From Kordia sp. (GTDB lineage: Bacteria > Bacteroidota > Bacteroidia > Flavobacteriales > Flavobacteriaceae), in assembly GCF_022447245.1 (NCBI RefSeq), contig NZ_JAKVBC010000021.1, forward strand, positions 42,737 to 66,736: 24,000 bases of DNA. Reading direction: 5' to 3'. Made by a program: the position numbers and the translations under genes. Shown in pieces: positions 13,596 to 23,519 of the stretch (its first letter is position 1; each line of letters begins with the position of its first letter). The notes under the pieces are model-generated. The model was not told where the DNA came from, made no database searches, and saw only the letters and a list, made by a program, of their open reading frames with translations.

Positions 13596-15587
13596 TTATT
13601 TTTCAATGAGTAACATCATGATGTGTGCAGCGCTCCAACTAAAGTTTTTGGCATTTAATCCTTTGCCTGTAAGCGGATGGTAATTTTCTCTGATAGGAAA
13701 ACCTTTTTCCAAAAGACCTTCACAACCTGCCAAAATCTGTAAACTAGCTTTGTCTGCTTCTGCTGTGAAACCATAATTGAGCAATCCTTTGACGCCAAAA
13801 TACGCTTGATCTAACCAATTTGGTCCACGCCAGTATCCTTTGAGAGGATTGAATTTTGGATGATCAGCACTCATGGTTTGAAACGGAACTTTTGTAAAAA
13901 ACTTGGCAGAATTCATCATGTTATTTTTAACACCGTCAGCTTGTACTTGCGTTGCAACTTTTGCCCATAATGGAGTCCAACCTTCAGAACCTTCACCTTT
14001 TATAAAAGTAGTTCCTTCAAGGTTTGTATCGTAAAACCACTGATCTGTAGCATCGTAAAATTGTTGTTGAATACGTTTTTTTAAAGCTTCTGCTTCTGTG
14101 GAAAACTTCTCAGCATCTTTATGATTTTCAATGGCATTTGCTAGCTCGGCTAAGAATAGTTTTTCAGCATATAAATATGCGTTTAAGTCTACAGATTCTT
14201 AATCGAGCGAATACGCACCTTCTACATTTTCTAAAATTTTGGAGTTGTCAAAACGAATGGCATTGTCCATTCCGCTTTCCCATTTGGCGGCAATCAAAGA
14301 ACCGTCAGTAGAACCATATTCACACAAGTCATCTTGGTCATGATCACGTTTTGCATACCACCAATAATGATACTTTTTAAGTTTTGGATACATATACTTT
14401 ACAAAGTCAATATCCTTGTCTTTTTCATACACTTTAGAAACTGCCCAAGCAGATAATGGCGGTTTGGTGTCTCTATAATTATGAGCTTCAATCGTAGTAT
14501 CGCGATAAACGCAATCGGCTACAAAACCATCAGGTTCTTGAAAAACAAACATCAACTTGATTTGCTCTTTTGCCAATTCTACATCAAAATAGGAAAGTCC
14601 CACCGCATGTTTCCATGAATCCCAAGACCAAAAACCATTAAACCATTTGTAATGATAACTTGGAAATAAACCTTCGTGCTTAATTTCTCCAGCAGGAATA
14701 CGCCAATTATTTTGTAAAGTCAAGATAGTTTTGGCAAGTAACGATGTGTATTTTTCTTCTGAAAATAGTTCCTTTTTTAACGTTTGAAGCTTGGTAAGTT
14801 GTTTATTTTTTTCAGATAGACGTTGTTTTACGATACTGTCAAAATTCACAGTTTGAATCAATGCTTGTTCATCCTCCCAAGAGTATTCTGGAAAGATAAA
14901 CGTTTGTGCGCAGATAAAACTTTTTTGCTCATTTGGCTGTAAATCTATGTCTTTAAAATAAGTTGTATATGTTGTACTGTCAATAGTTACAGAAGAAACA
15001 TCATTTAAAAATTGAATATATCCTTTAGCAGTTGTTTTATTAGAATTGACTTCAATACGGTTTCCTTTTTTAGAAAAGTGAATTCCATTATCAAACAGCT
15101 TTCCACTTAGTTGAGGTGTTATTGTTTGATCAGTATCAGACGTATTTGTGATGTTGTTTTTAATTAAAACAGTATGACCTGATAGATATACGAGTTGTTG
15201 TGATAAAGTAATTCCTTCGGACTTAAAGTTTTGTTCTAAATGACTAAGGTAACTTACAGAATTTGCAGGTTCCCACGAGTGATCTTTTAGGGTAAAATTT
15301 GCCAAAGATGTTCCTGCCCAAACACCGTTTTGTTCAGTCATTAAAAAAGGTCCAGAAAAACCTGAAACTGAAATTGTATCTGAGAGCGAATAAGCAAACC
15401 ATGCACCTTGATCAGAGAACATTAATCCAGATTTGTCAAATGCATGATCTGGAGTAATTGAAAAGTCTAGAATATTAGCACTGGCTTTATAATAACTGTG
15501 GTTATTAATGGTTTTAACAGGAGTTGGATTTGACTCACAACTTGCCAATATCACTATGAAGCATATAAAAACAACCTTTCTTAACAT
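13596..15587 (-). pseudogene. (alpha/alpha)6-barrel glycoside hydrolase, GH63/GH37 (YgjK/trehalase-like), interrupted by one in-frame TAA
   Basis: ORFs 14199..15587 and 13596..13919 are in the same frame. The sequence between them translates cleanly (..YSLD*ESVDLNAYLYAEKLFLAELANAIENHKDAEKF..WTPLWAKVATQ..). The only defect is TAA at 14201..14199. Also present are a lipoprotein signal MLRKVVFICFIVILASC and the motifs FWSWDSWKH and SWSAAHIMMLL. Confidence 0.75.
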
Positions 15588-15588
15588 C

Positions 15589-16916
15589 TTATTTTACTAT
15601 AGGATATAATGTTGTTTCTTCCCCGAGCCACTCTTGCAATTTGGCATAAATTTTTTCTTGATCTTCTTTTGAAAAATCTTTGATGCGTGTACCGTGATGT
15701 CCGCCATCAAGTACCATCATTAACGCATCTACATTTGACTTTGGAGTAGGTGCACACGCGCCCCATGGATCATAAGCACCGTAAATGTATAGTATTTTAT
15801 CACCTTTATTTTCGATATACTTTCTAACTTTTTGGATGTACTTTGGATTGTGTGTAAGATCTACATTACTAGGAGCAAAACGTTTATTAGTGGAGTTTTT
15901 TACAACGTTTAATAAATCTTTTACAGGCTCTAAATCGAAACCATAATACCCCAGTTCTTTTATGTGTTGATAAAAAGAAGGTAAGTAATATTCAAACGTG
16001 GCATCACTATAAAAACTAACACCTACAATTGAGTTTACATAATCAAATAATTCTTTTGCAGAAGCATTTTCGGCAGGAATATCTTCACATTTTCCGCCCC
16101 ATTGCCAAAATGAAAACGGGAATTCTAATATCGCATATTCCAACGCTTCTTCATGCGGAACTTTTGTAAATTTCATACTTTTAGCAGTAGCATGATTTTT
16201 CATTACGGTTAAAACAGCTGCTTTATTTTTTAAGATTGCTCTTTGATACTTCCTAATTGCTGAGCGACATTCATCTGTTCCAACTGAGTTAATTAAATCG
16301 TTGGTACGTTGATCTTCTAAACCATCAATTACAGGCGCCACATACGGAACCGCTACATCTACATCTTTTGGGTACTTACTTCTATAAATCAATGTCGTTT
16401 CTCCACCTTTACTAATTCCAGAAGACAACCATTTTCCTTTGTAAATAGCTTTCATTTTGCTAACAATAGTATGATAATCTTCAATGGCATTGTCATTAGT
16501 CAAATATTCCCATGGAAGTGGATTTGGACGCGATTTTCCATACATTCTGTATTCTACAATAATTTGATTTCCTTTTAATACTTTGCTCAACTCAGAAGTT
16601 CGATTGTATGAAGCATAGCCATCCGTAATTAAAACGGTTGGTTTGTCATACGACGCATGCGAAACATACATGTAGTGCTTAAAAGTCCCTTTGGAAGGAT
16701 TTTTAGGATCTAAAGGCTGATCCATGACTATTTGATATGCCTCTGTAAAGTGATCTCCAGTTTTTATAGTATCAATACATCAATACTTGCATTTGGAAAT
16801 AATTGAGTCAGCTGTCCTTTAAATGGCAAAGACGAGTCTACTACTGGTATTGTTTTGCAAGAATGAACTGTTGTAATAAATAAAACTATGGCGAGTACGC
16901 GGTAGATGGATTTCAT
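15589..16916 (-). pseudogene. S28/S37-type alpha/beta-hydrolase serine peptidase, frameshifted by an 8-bp tandem duplication
   Basis: The 378-aa ORF has the nucleophile elbow GISKGG. The signal-peptide exon-like piece MKSIYRVLAIVLFITTVHSC..NASIDVLIL* (16916..16773) is in another frame. Deleting one copy of ATCAATAC joins them as ..PNASIDTIKTGDHFTEAYQIVMDQPLDP.., giving 440 codons in total. Confidence 0.75.
16771..16786. repeat. 8-bp perfect tandem duplication ATCAATAC x2
   Basis: 16771..16778 equals 16779..16786. This is the lesion causing the frameshift in the peptidase gene. Confidence 0.9.
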
Positions 16917-17035
16917 ACGGTTTAAAAATTTATGCCTAAATATAACCGTTATTTTAAACTCTCAATAATACTATATTACTAAGAATCGGTGAAATATTAA
17001 TGTAGTACTACGTTTTTAGAAAACGGCATCAATAA

Positions 17036-17072
17036 AAAACGCTTACTATTCCATAAAAACAGCAAGCGTTTT
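17036..17072 (-). terminator. terminator-like hairpin after the third GG-leader peptide
   Basis: Minus strand reads AAAACGCUU-(19-nt loop)-AAGCGUUUU followed by UUAUU. The long loop lowers confidence. Confidence 0.4.
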
Positions 17073-17091
17073 GAATTAAAACGAATAGAAA

Positions 17092-17304
17092 TTATCGATT
17101 TTGAGTATTACAACCGTCTTCAGTTTTACAGAAGTCTTGTTCTGTACAAGGTATCTGAATAGAAGTGCATGGGCCACCAACAGAACCAGGACAAGGACCA
17201 CCAAATAAAGTTCCTGCAACTCTTCCTCCTTGTGTTTTTTGCTTATAAAAATTAGAGATGACTTTTTTGTTAAGCGTTAAACTTTGCAATTGCTTTTTTT
17301 TCAT
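17092..17304 (-). CDS. double-glycine-leader Cys-rich peptide (70 aa), third family member
   Basis: Leader MKKKQLQSLTLNKKVISNFYKQKTQGGRVAGTLFGG parallels the ..SIFGG of ORF 8042..8260. The core PCPGSVGGPCTSIQIPCTEQDFCKTEDGCNTQNR has 5 Cys. Confidence 0.65.
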   Translation of the reverse strand: MKKKQLQSLTLNKKVISNFYKQKTQGGRVAGTLFGGPCPGSVGGPCTSIQIPCTEQDFCKTEDGCNTQNR

Positions 17305-17514
17305 GATATATTTTTTAAAGTTATACCTTAAAGTTAAGAGATTTTTAGCTGCTGTTTTTTGGATAGTAGTCGTGATTTATAAATTACAGACACTGGTTGA
17401 AAAATTAGGTTTCATCAAGAAACATTTTGATACTTTATTAGCCAATTTAGATACTATATTAATGGATGTTAAAGGAATGCATTGAAATAAACTACGGAAG
17501 TTGTATTTTTAAGA

Positions 17515-18474
17515 ATGAGCGTTATGATTCAGATAGATAAAACCTTTATTGAAGAACAAACAGATTTTACAGGACTCGTTGCTGAAATACACAAAGCATT
17601 TTATGAAAATCAAATGATTGTTCCGAAACGACATCATCACGATTTTCCGAATTCTGTTGCCACAAATGATACAACTATGTTGCTAATGCCTGCTTGGAAT
17701 ACAGGCAAAAGTGCTGGCGTGAAAATAGTAACTGTGAATCCAGAAAATGATCAATATCAATTGCCTTCTATTCAAGGAACGTATCTGTATTTGGATGCTA
17801 ATACAGGTGTTATGAAAGCCATTATGGAAGCCAAAAGCTTAACTGTAAAACGAACTGCTGCGACTTCTGCATTGGCATCGTCTTTTTTATCTAGAGAAGA
17901 TTCAAATTCACTATTGATGATTGGCACAGGAGCTTTGGCAACAAATCTTATTGAAGCACATGCCGCAGTAAGACCTATAGAAAAGGTATACGTTTGGGGA
18001 AGAAATTACGAGAAAGCAGTTGCCATTTGTGAAGCATTACAAGATAAAAAGTATCAAGTTACAGCAATAGAAAGCATTTCCGAAAAAGTTTCAGAAGTGG
18101 ATATCATTTCTTGTGCAACCTTATCTAAAACACCATTAGTATTAGGCCATTATTTAAAAGCAGGTCAACATATAGACTTGGTCGGAGCGTATAAACCAGA
18201 CATGCGTGAATCTGATGATGCAGCCATAATAAAAGCAAGTGTTTTTTTAGATACCTATCAAAGTGGCTTGCATGAAAGTGGCGATATTGCAATTCCATTA
18301 AGTTCAGGACTGCTTTATAAAGAAGCCATCAAAGCAGATTTGTTTGAACTTTGCTCAGCTACAAAAAAAGGAAGAACTTCCCATTCAGAAATTACATTAT
18401 TTAAATCTGTTGGTCATGCTATGGAAGATTTAGCCGCTGCCGATTATTATTATAAAAAATATACAAATGCCTAA
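17515..18474 (+). CDS. ornithine cyclodeaminase/mu-crystallin family oxidoreductase, probable delta1-pyrroline-2-carboxylate reductase
   Basis: Rossmann block LLMIGTGALATNLIEAH and overall OCD-family layout. It overlaps the downstream proline-racemase-family gene by 8 nt, suggesting translational coupling. Confidence 0.7.
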   Translation: MSVMIQIDKTFIEEQTDFTGLVAEIHKAFYENQMIVPKRHHHDFPNSVATNDTTMLLMPAWNTGKSAGVKIVTVNPENDQYQLPSIQGTYLYLDANTGVMKAIMEAKSLTVKRTAATSALASSFLSREDSNSLLMIGTGALATNLIEAHAAVRPIEKVYVWGRNYEKAVAICEALQDKKYQVTAIESISEKVSEVDIISCATLSKTPLVLGHYLKAGQHIDLVGAYKPDMRESDDAAIIKASVFLDTYQSGLHESGDIAIPLSSGLLYKEAIKADLFELCSATKKGRTSHSEITLFKSVGHAMEDLAAADYYYKKYTNA

Positions 18475-19537
18475 AACGACGTATCAAAACATTCTAGCCA
18501 ATACAACCTTTACACCACCGAAAGAATGGTTGCAAATCCGTACCATCGATATGCATACTGGCGGAGAACCTTTACGAGTGATCCTTGATGGTTTCCCTGA
18601 GTTAAAAGGAAATAATGTATTAGCATATCGCAACTATTGTAAAGAAAACTATGATGAGTTACGTACAGCTTTGATGTTTGAACCAAGAGGACACGCAGAT
18701 ATGTATGGTTGTATTTTAGTGCCTCCTAATGATGACGAAGGAGATTTCGGAATCTTATTTTTACACAACGAAGGATATTCCACCATGTGTGGGCATGCCA
18801 TTATAGCGATTTCTACTTTGGCTATGGAAATGAATTGGATTGAAGTTAAGGAAGGAGATAATGTCTTAAAAATTGATGCGCCTTGCGGTAGAATTACCTC
18901 TTTTACCAATGTTCAAAACGGAAAAGTAACTGGCGTTCGATTTCATTGTGTGCCAAGCTTTGCGGTTGGACTCGATAGAAAAGTTACTGTTGAAGGATTG
19001 GGAGAAGTAACGTATGACTTAGCTTATGGTGGTGCATTTTATGCCTATGTAGATATGGCAAAGAATAATTTTTCATTTGATTTAACTGCAAATTCATATC
19101 GTGAGTTAATTGCTAAAGGCATGGATATAAAGCATGCAGTAATGAAGAATGATCAAGAGATTTTACATCCTTTTGAAGAAGATTTGAGTTTTTTGTACGG
19201 AACCATTTTCGTAGACAATACGCCGCAAAATTCTGGAAACGATAGTAGAAATGTATGTGTTTTTGCCGAAGGAGAAGTCGATCGATGTCCTACAGGTTCA
19301 GGAGTTTCTGGACGCATGGCAATTCATTATAAAAGACAAGAAATAGATACAGAATCCATTATGACTATTGAAAGTATCACAGATTCTGTGTTCAAAGGTT
19401 CTGTGGTTTCAGAAATTGATTATGGACCACATCAAGCGGTAATTCCTCAAGTAGAAGGAACGGCAAATATTACAGGAATGCAAACATTTGTCATAGATCC
19501 AAATGATCCAATTAAAAACGGTTTTATTTTACGATAA
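18467..19537 (+). CDS. proline racemase family enzyme, Cys/Thr type: probable trans-3-hydroxy-L-proline dehydratase
   Basis: MHTGGEPLRV N-terminal signature. The first catalytic Cys is in STMCGHAI. The second catalytic position is Thr (DRCPTGSG, versus DRSPCGTG in racemases and epimerases). Confidence 0.7.
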   Translation: MPKTTYQNILANTTFTPPKEWLQIRTIDMHTGGEPLRVILDGFPELKGNNVLAYRNYCKENYDELRTALMFEPRGHADMYGCILVPPNDDEGDFGILFLHNEGYSTMCGHAIIAISTLAMEMNWIEVKEGDNVLKIDAPCGRITSFTNVQNGKVTGVRFHCVPSFAVGLDRKVTVEGLGEVTYDLAYGGAFYAYVDMAKNNFSFDLTANSYRELIAKGMDIKHAVMKNDQEILHPFEEDLSFLYGTIFVDNTPQNSGNDSRNVCVFAEGEVDRCPTGSGVSGRMAIHYKRQEIDTESIMTIESITDSVFKGSVVSEIDYGPHQAVIPQVEGTANITGMQTFVIDPNDPIKNGFILR

Positions 19538-21322
19538 ACTAATTGCTTTACATTTATCTGCTAACCAATTGTGTTCTTCTGCAGTTAAATGTGGTGTTAA
19601 TTCTTGTAATACAAACGCATGATACGTATTTAACCATTGAACTTCTTCTTTTGTTAGAGAATCTATATTGATTAAAGTAGTGTCTACATAACACAATGTA
19701 AGCGGTTCAAAGCCAAGGAATGTTCCAAAATCTGTTGTTTGTGTGACTTTGGAAAGCACAATATTTTCAATTCTAATTCCAAATTCATCTGTAACATAAT
19801 AGCCAGGTTCTATCGTGGTCAATTGATTAGGTAGATGCACTGTGCTTCCTCGAGAAGTTGTAGTGCTAGTCGCAAAACCTTGTGCAGGTTCATGAACCAT
19901 TCCGTAGCTACCAATGCCATGTCCAGTACCATGTGGATAATTCATACCATGTTTCCATAAATGCATTCGTGCAAAAGCATCAATCTGTACACCTGTAGTG
20001 CCTAGCGGAAATTGTAATTGTTCTAAAGAGATATATCCTTTCAATACAGCGGTATATGCCATTTTAATTGTATCTGAAGGAGTTCCGCCAAGCCAAATTG
20101 TTCGGGTAATATCTGTTGTGCCATCTTTATATTGCCCGCCACTATCAATTAGTAAAATACCTTCATTTTGTACCAAAGCAGCACCTTCTTTTGTCGCTGA
20201 ATAATGAATGATAGCACCATTTCCTTTATAACCCACAATAGGAGCAAAGGAGTTTCCTGTATAATGTGCTTGTTGTTGTCTAAAATGTGTTAGCTTTTCT
20301 CCAATTTCGTATTCGGAAATACTTCTTTTCTCAACTTCTTTTTCGAGCCAAATAAAAAACTTAGTAAGCGCAATACCATCTTTCAATATACATTTTTTAG
20401 CACCTTCAATTTCAACAGAATTCTTTATGGCTTTTAGTTGTTGCGCAATAGAATTCTGAAAAATAAAACGTTCAGCGATCGCATTAAAAATGGCGTAGTT
20501 TAAAGAAGCATCATCTGTGATTACTTTTTGATTAGCTGTTAATGCAGGTAAGTGTTCTAAAACAGTATCATACGCATAGATTTCTATCTGTAATTCAGAT
20601 GCTTGTTGAAGTAACTCTTCTGAAAAACGTTCTTTATAACAAAATAAAATAGTTTTATCTATGTCAACCAAAGCATACGCAGTGACCAAAGGTGTAAAGT
20701 CTACATCATTAGATCGAATATTAAACAACCATGCAATTTCATCTAGCGAAGAGAAAAAATAAAAACCAGCCTTTTGACGTTGAATTTCATTTTTGACTTT
20801 TGACAACTTTGAAGCGGTAGTTTCTCCCGTAAATACTACTAAATGTTCTTCAATTGGTTGCGAAGGCATACTAGGTCTGTCTTTCCATATGGTATCCACA
20901 ATTGTAGCTTCATGTTGTAGTTGAATATTTTTTGGAGTTGCAAACTCTTGTAAATAGTCAACTTGTGCTTTGGAGAATTGTCGAAAATCAATTCCAATAA
21001 CTGTATTATTTTCTAATGTTTCACAAAGCCACGGAATATGTTCAGGTGCATGCGGAATCGTTTGCTTATATAAAGTAACTTCTGAATTCGCACATTCTTC
21101 TTCAACCTGTAAAAAATAGCGAGAATCCGTCCACAAAGCAGCTTTATCCTGTGTAATTACTAGTGTTCCAGCTGAACCTGTAAACCCTGAAAAATAAGCG
21201 CGAACTTTCCAATGATCGGCTACATATTCAGATTGATGCGGATCTGAGGAAGGAATAATATAGGCATCTATGTTTTGCGCAAGCATTTCTTTTCGCAATG
21301 CTTGTAGTCTTTCTGTAATCAT
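19529..21322 (-). CDS. M24B Xaa-Pro aminopeptidase (aminopeptidase P family, long form)
   Basis: 597 aa with creatinase-like N-terminal domains and the metal-site blocks LIDSGGQY, DITRT, HGTGHGIGSYGMVHE and TIEPGYY. Confidence 0.85.
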   Translation of the reverse strand: MITERLQALRKEMLAQNIDAYIIPSSDPHQSEYVADHWKVRAYFSGFTGSAGTLVITQDKAALWTDSRYFLQVEEECANSEVTLYKQTIPHAPEHIPWLCETLENNTVIGIDFRQFSKAQVDYLQEFATPKNIQLQHEATIVDTIWKDRPSMPSQPIEEHLVVFTGETTASKLSKVKNEIQRQKAGFYFFSSLDEIAWLFNIRSNDVDFTPLVTAYALVDIDKTILFCYKERFSEELLQQASELQIEIYAYDTVLEHLPALTANQKVITDDASLNYAIFNAIAERFIFQNSIAQQLKAIKNSVEIEGAKKCILKDGIALTKFFIWLEKEVEKRSISEYEIGEKLTHFRQQQAHYTGNSFAPIVGYKGNGAIIHYSATKEGAALVQNEGILLIDSGGQYKDGTTDITRTIWLGGTPSDTIKMAYTAVLKGYISLEQLQFPLGTTGVQIDAFARMHLWKHGMNYPHGTGHGIGSYGMVHEPAQGFATSTTTSRGSTVHLPNQLTTIEPGYYVTDEFGIRIENIVLSKVTQTTDFGTFLGFEPLTLCYVDTTLINIDSLTKEEVQWLNTYHAFVLQELTPHLTAEEHNWLADKCKAISLS

Positions 21323-21340
21323 TACTATTTGTTTAGTACT

Positions 21341-22102
21341 TTATGAATTCAACCAATTTTTTACGTCACTTGCTTTGGCTTTACTTGCCACAATTCGCTC
21401 TGGAGAAGGCGGATTTACATTGACAATTAATTTTCCGTTAAAGTAAAACTTTACATTGGCGACAGCAGTTTTATTGATAATAAATTGTCGATTCACACGG
21501 TGGAATTCAGCAGGATTGAGTTCTAACTCAATATCTTCTAATTTTTTGGTGATCATATAGGATTGATTCGTATGCGTAACGGCTTTTACGATACCTGTAT
21601 CTATGTAAAAATATGCGATGTCTCCTGTTTTTACAGGAATCAATTCATCTCGTTTTTGAACCAAATACGTTGTTTTATAGGCTTTACTCTTTGATTGTAA
21701 CAATTCTAACATACCTTGTATTTGATTGTTTACAGGCGGCGTTAAGGTTGCATTATTCTTAAACTTATTGATGGCTTCTGAGAGTTCTTCCTCATTCAAA
21801 GGTTTTAAAAGGTAGTCTACACTATTTACTTTGAAAGCTTTTATGGCATATTGATCGTATGCAGTTGTAAAAATAATTGGTGTAGTTATTTTTACTTGTT
21901 CGAATATTTCAAAAGAAATTCCATCTGCCAAATGAATGTCCATAAAAACCAATTCAGCTTCTGTTGGTTTTGAAAAATAGGCAACAGCAGTAGTGACAGA
22001 ATCTAATACGTTTAGGACTTCAATATCAGCATCTATTTTTTGTAATAAATAGATAAGATTTTCGCTTGCAGCTATTTCGTCTTCTACAATAACAACCTTC
22101 AT
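21341..22102 (-). CDS. LytTR-family response regulator
   Basis: Receiver domain (KVVIVEDE, FMDIHLADG, LLKP) plus a C-terminal LytTR DNA-binding domain (FHRVNRQFIINK). Confidence 0.85.
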   Translation of the reverse strand: MKVVIVEDEIAASENLIYLLQKIDADIEVLNVLDSVTTAVAYFSKPTEAELVFMDIHLADGISFEIFEQVKITTPIIFTTAYDQYAIKAFKVNSVDYLLKPLNEEELSEAINKFKNNATLTPPVNNQIQGMLELLQSKSKAYKTTYLVQKRDELIPVKTGDIAYFYIDTGIVKAVTHTNQSYMITKKLEDIELELNPAEFHRVNRQFIINKTAVANVKFYFNGKLIVNVNPPSPERIVASKAKASDVKNWLNS

Positions 22103-22108
22103 GTTAAA

Positions 22109-23176
22109 TTAGTTTATAGGTAATTTTACTTTAAAAATGCCATCAGTATCACTGATGCTAATATGCTTTTGTTTTAAAAGTAAATAACGTTTGTTAATAT
22201 TAGCTAATCCTTGTCCTGTACTATCTACAAAGGTAGCACGTGATTTTATGGCGTTTTCAACAACTAGATAGTTATTTTCAACATACAATTTGACTAATAA
22301 AGGATTGCTTCCAGATATTTCATTGTGTTTCACGGCATTTTCAACAAGTAGTTGTAAAGCTAAGGCAGGAATTTTTTCATAATATAAGCTGTCGTCAATA
22401 TTGATTTCAATATCAAAGCGATCGCGATATCTAGTTTTGATTAAATATACGTAGGTTTTCAAAAACTTCAGTTCTTCACGAAGTGTCACAAAATCTTCTT
22501 GTCCACTTTGTAGTATGTACCGGTACATGAATGACAATTTGTTTACAAAATTGGTCGCTTCTTTATTATCGCGAATCAAAGAATTCAAGGAATTTAAAGA
22601 ATTGAACAAGAAATGCGGATTGATTTGATTCCGTAATGCAGACAGTTCATTTTGCAGATTTTGTCGTTGTAGCATTTCTTTTTCAGCTATATCTGCTTGA
22701 TGAATGATTTGAAATTGCAGAATGCGAGCAGTGAAAATAGCAATTACTTGAACCATGAAATACACAAAGTAGAGCAACCCTTTATCGGAATAATTCATTA
22801 CTTCGCCAGCAATTACTTCATGTACATATATTAATAAGAATACAGTTGTGAAAAATAGTATGGTGTTTAATATACTTGTAATCACACTTCTTTTATAAAT
22901 GTTAAGGTGGCTGTACAGTAATTTCCAATTTGTATTCAATTGTAACACTCCCCAGGAAAATAGAAAAAGAAAGGTTATGCGAATAATTACATCCTTTACA
23001 GAAGCATGCGTAAATGATTCCGCCAAACCTTCGAGAATATTATACAGTTGTAGTACTCTAGGCAAATTCACCAATACGGTGATAAGTAATGCAATTCTAA
23101 GTAATGCAGACTGTTTTATATTTTTATATTCCAATCGTTTGCGTTTTTTTGATATGTAATGCACGGTTTTGTACAA
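22109..23176 (-). CDS. membrane sensor histidine kinase (LytS/YehU-type His_kinase domain)
   Basis: N-terminal hydrophobic segments, then the H-box NPHFLFNSLNSLNSLI and the ATPase blocks LLVENAVKHN and GQGLANINKRY. A 6-nt gap separates it from the regulator gene. Confidence 0.85.
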   Translation of the reverse strand: MYKTVHYISKKRKRLEYKNIKQSALLRIALLITVLVNLPRVLQLYNILEGLAESFTHASVKDVIIRITFLFLFSWGVLQLNTNWKLLYSHLNIYKRSVITSILNTILFFTTVFLLIYVHEVIAGEVMNYSDKGLLYFVYFMVQVIAIFTARILQFQIIHQADIAEKEMLQRQNLQNELSALRNQINPHFLFNSLNSLNSLIRDNKEATNFVNKLSFMYRYILQSGQEDFVTLREELKFLKTYVYLIKTRYRDRFDIEINIDDSLYYEKIPALALQLLVENAVKHNEISGSNPLLVKLYVENNYLVVENAIKSRATFVDSTGQGLANINKRYLLLKQKHISISDTDGIFKVKLPIN

Positions 23177-23519
23177 AGTTATGGGATTTAATGATGAAAT
23201 GAGTCTAATTTTTTAAGTGATTTTCAAAAAGTGAAAGTGACCGATATTTGTCAAAATTCAGCCACTTTCTCAATCAAATCAAAAAACAATCACTTTACGA
23301 ACTCTTTGAGTACTTTTTTGGAAAAATCTTTTGAGCTATCCCCAAATGTTTCAGGGTTTTTAATTTTTATATTGATTACAGCTGCCAATTTTTCATTTGC
23401 TTCTTGTTTTCAATCTTAGATTATGATTTCTAAAATGTACTTCTTGCTTTGAAAGGGTTCTGTAATTACAGATGCTGAGTTTACATAATTGGTGCTTTAA
23501 AATCTGTAGAATCCTTTTT

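Noticed and set aside
14199-14201. Recoding (selenocysteine, pyrrolysine or reassigned stop) at the in-frame stop of the glycosidase
   Set aside because: The codon is TAA, not TGA or TAG. TAA is also used as a normal terminator by neighbouring genes (for example 66..779 and 8042..8260).
8447-23419. ORFs 8447..8659, 9620..9829, 10391..10609, 12312..12539, 17258..17485, 18649..18909, 19998..20204, 22899..23159 and 23231..23419
   Set aside because: Each is embedded in or antisense to a well-supported longer gene, or lies in a promoter gap. None has a recognisable motif, and their composition looks non-coding.
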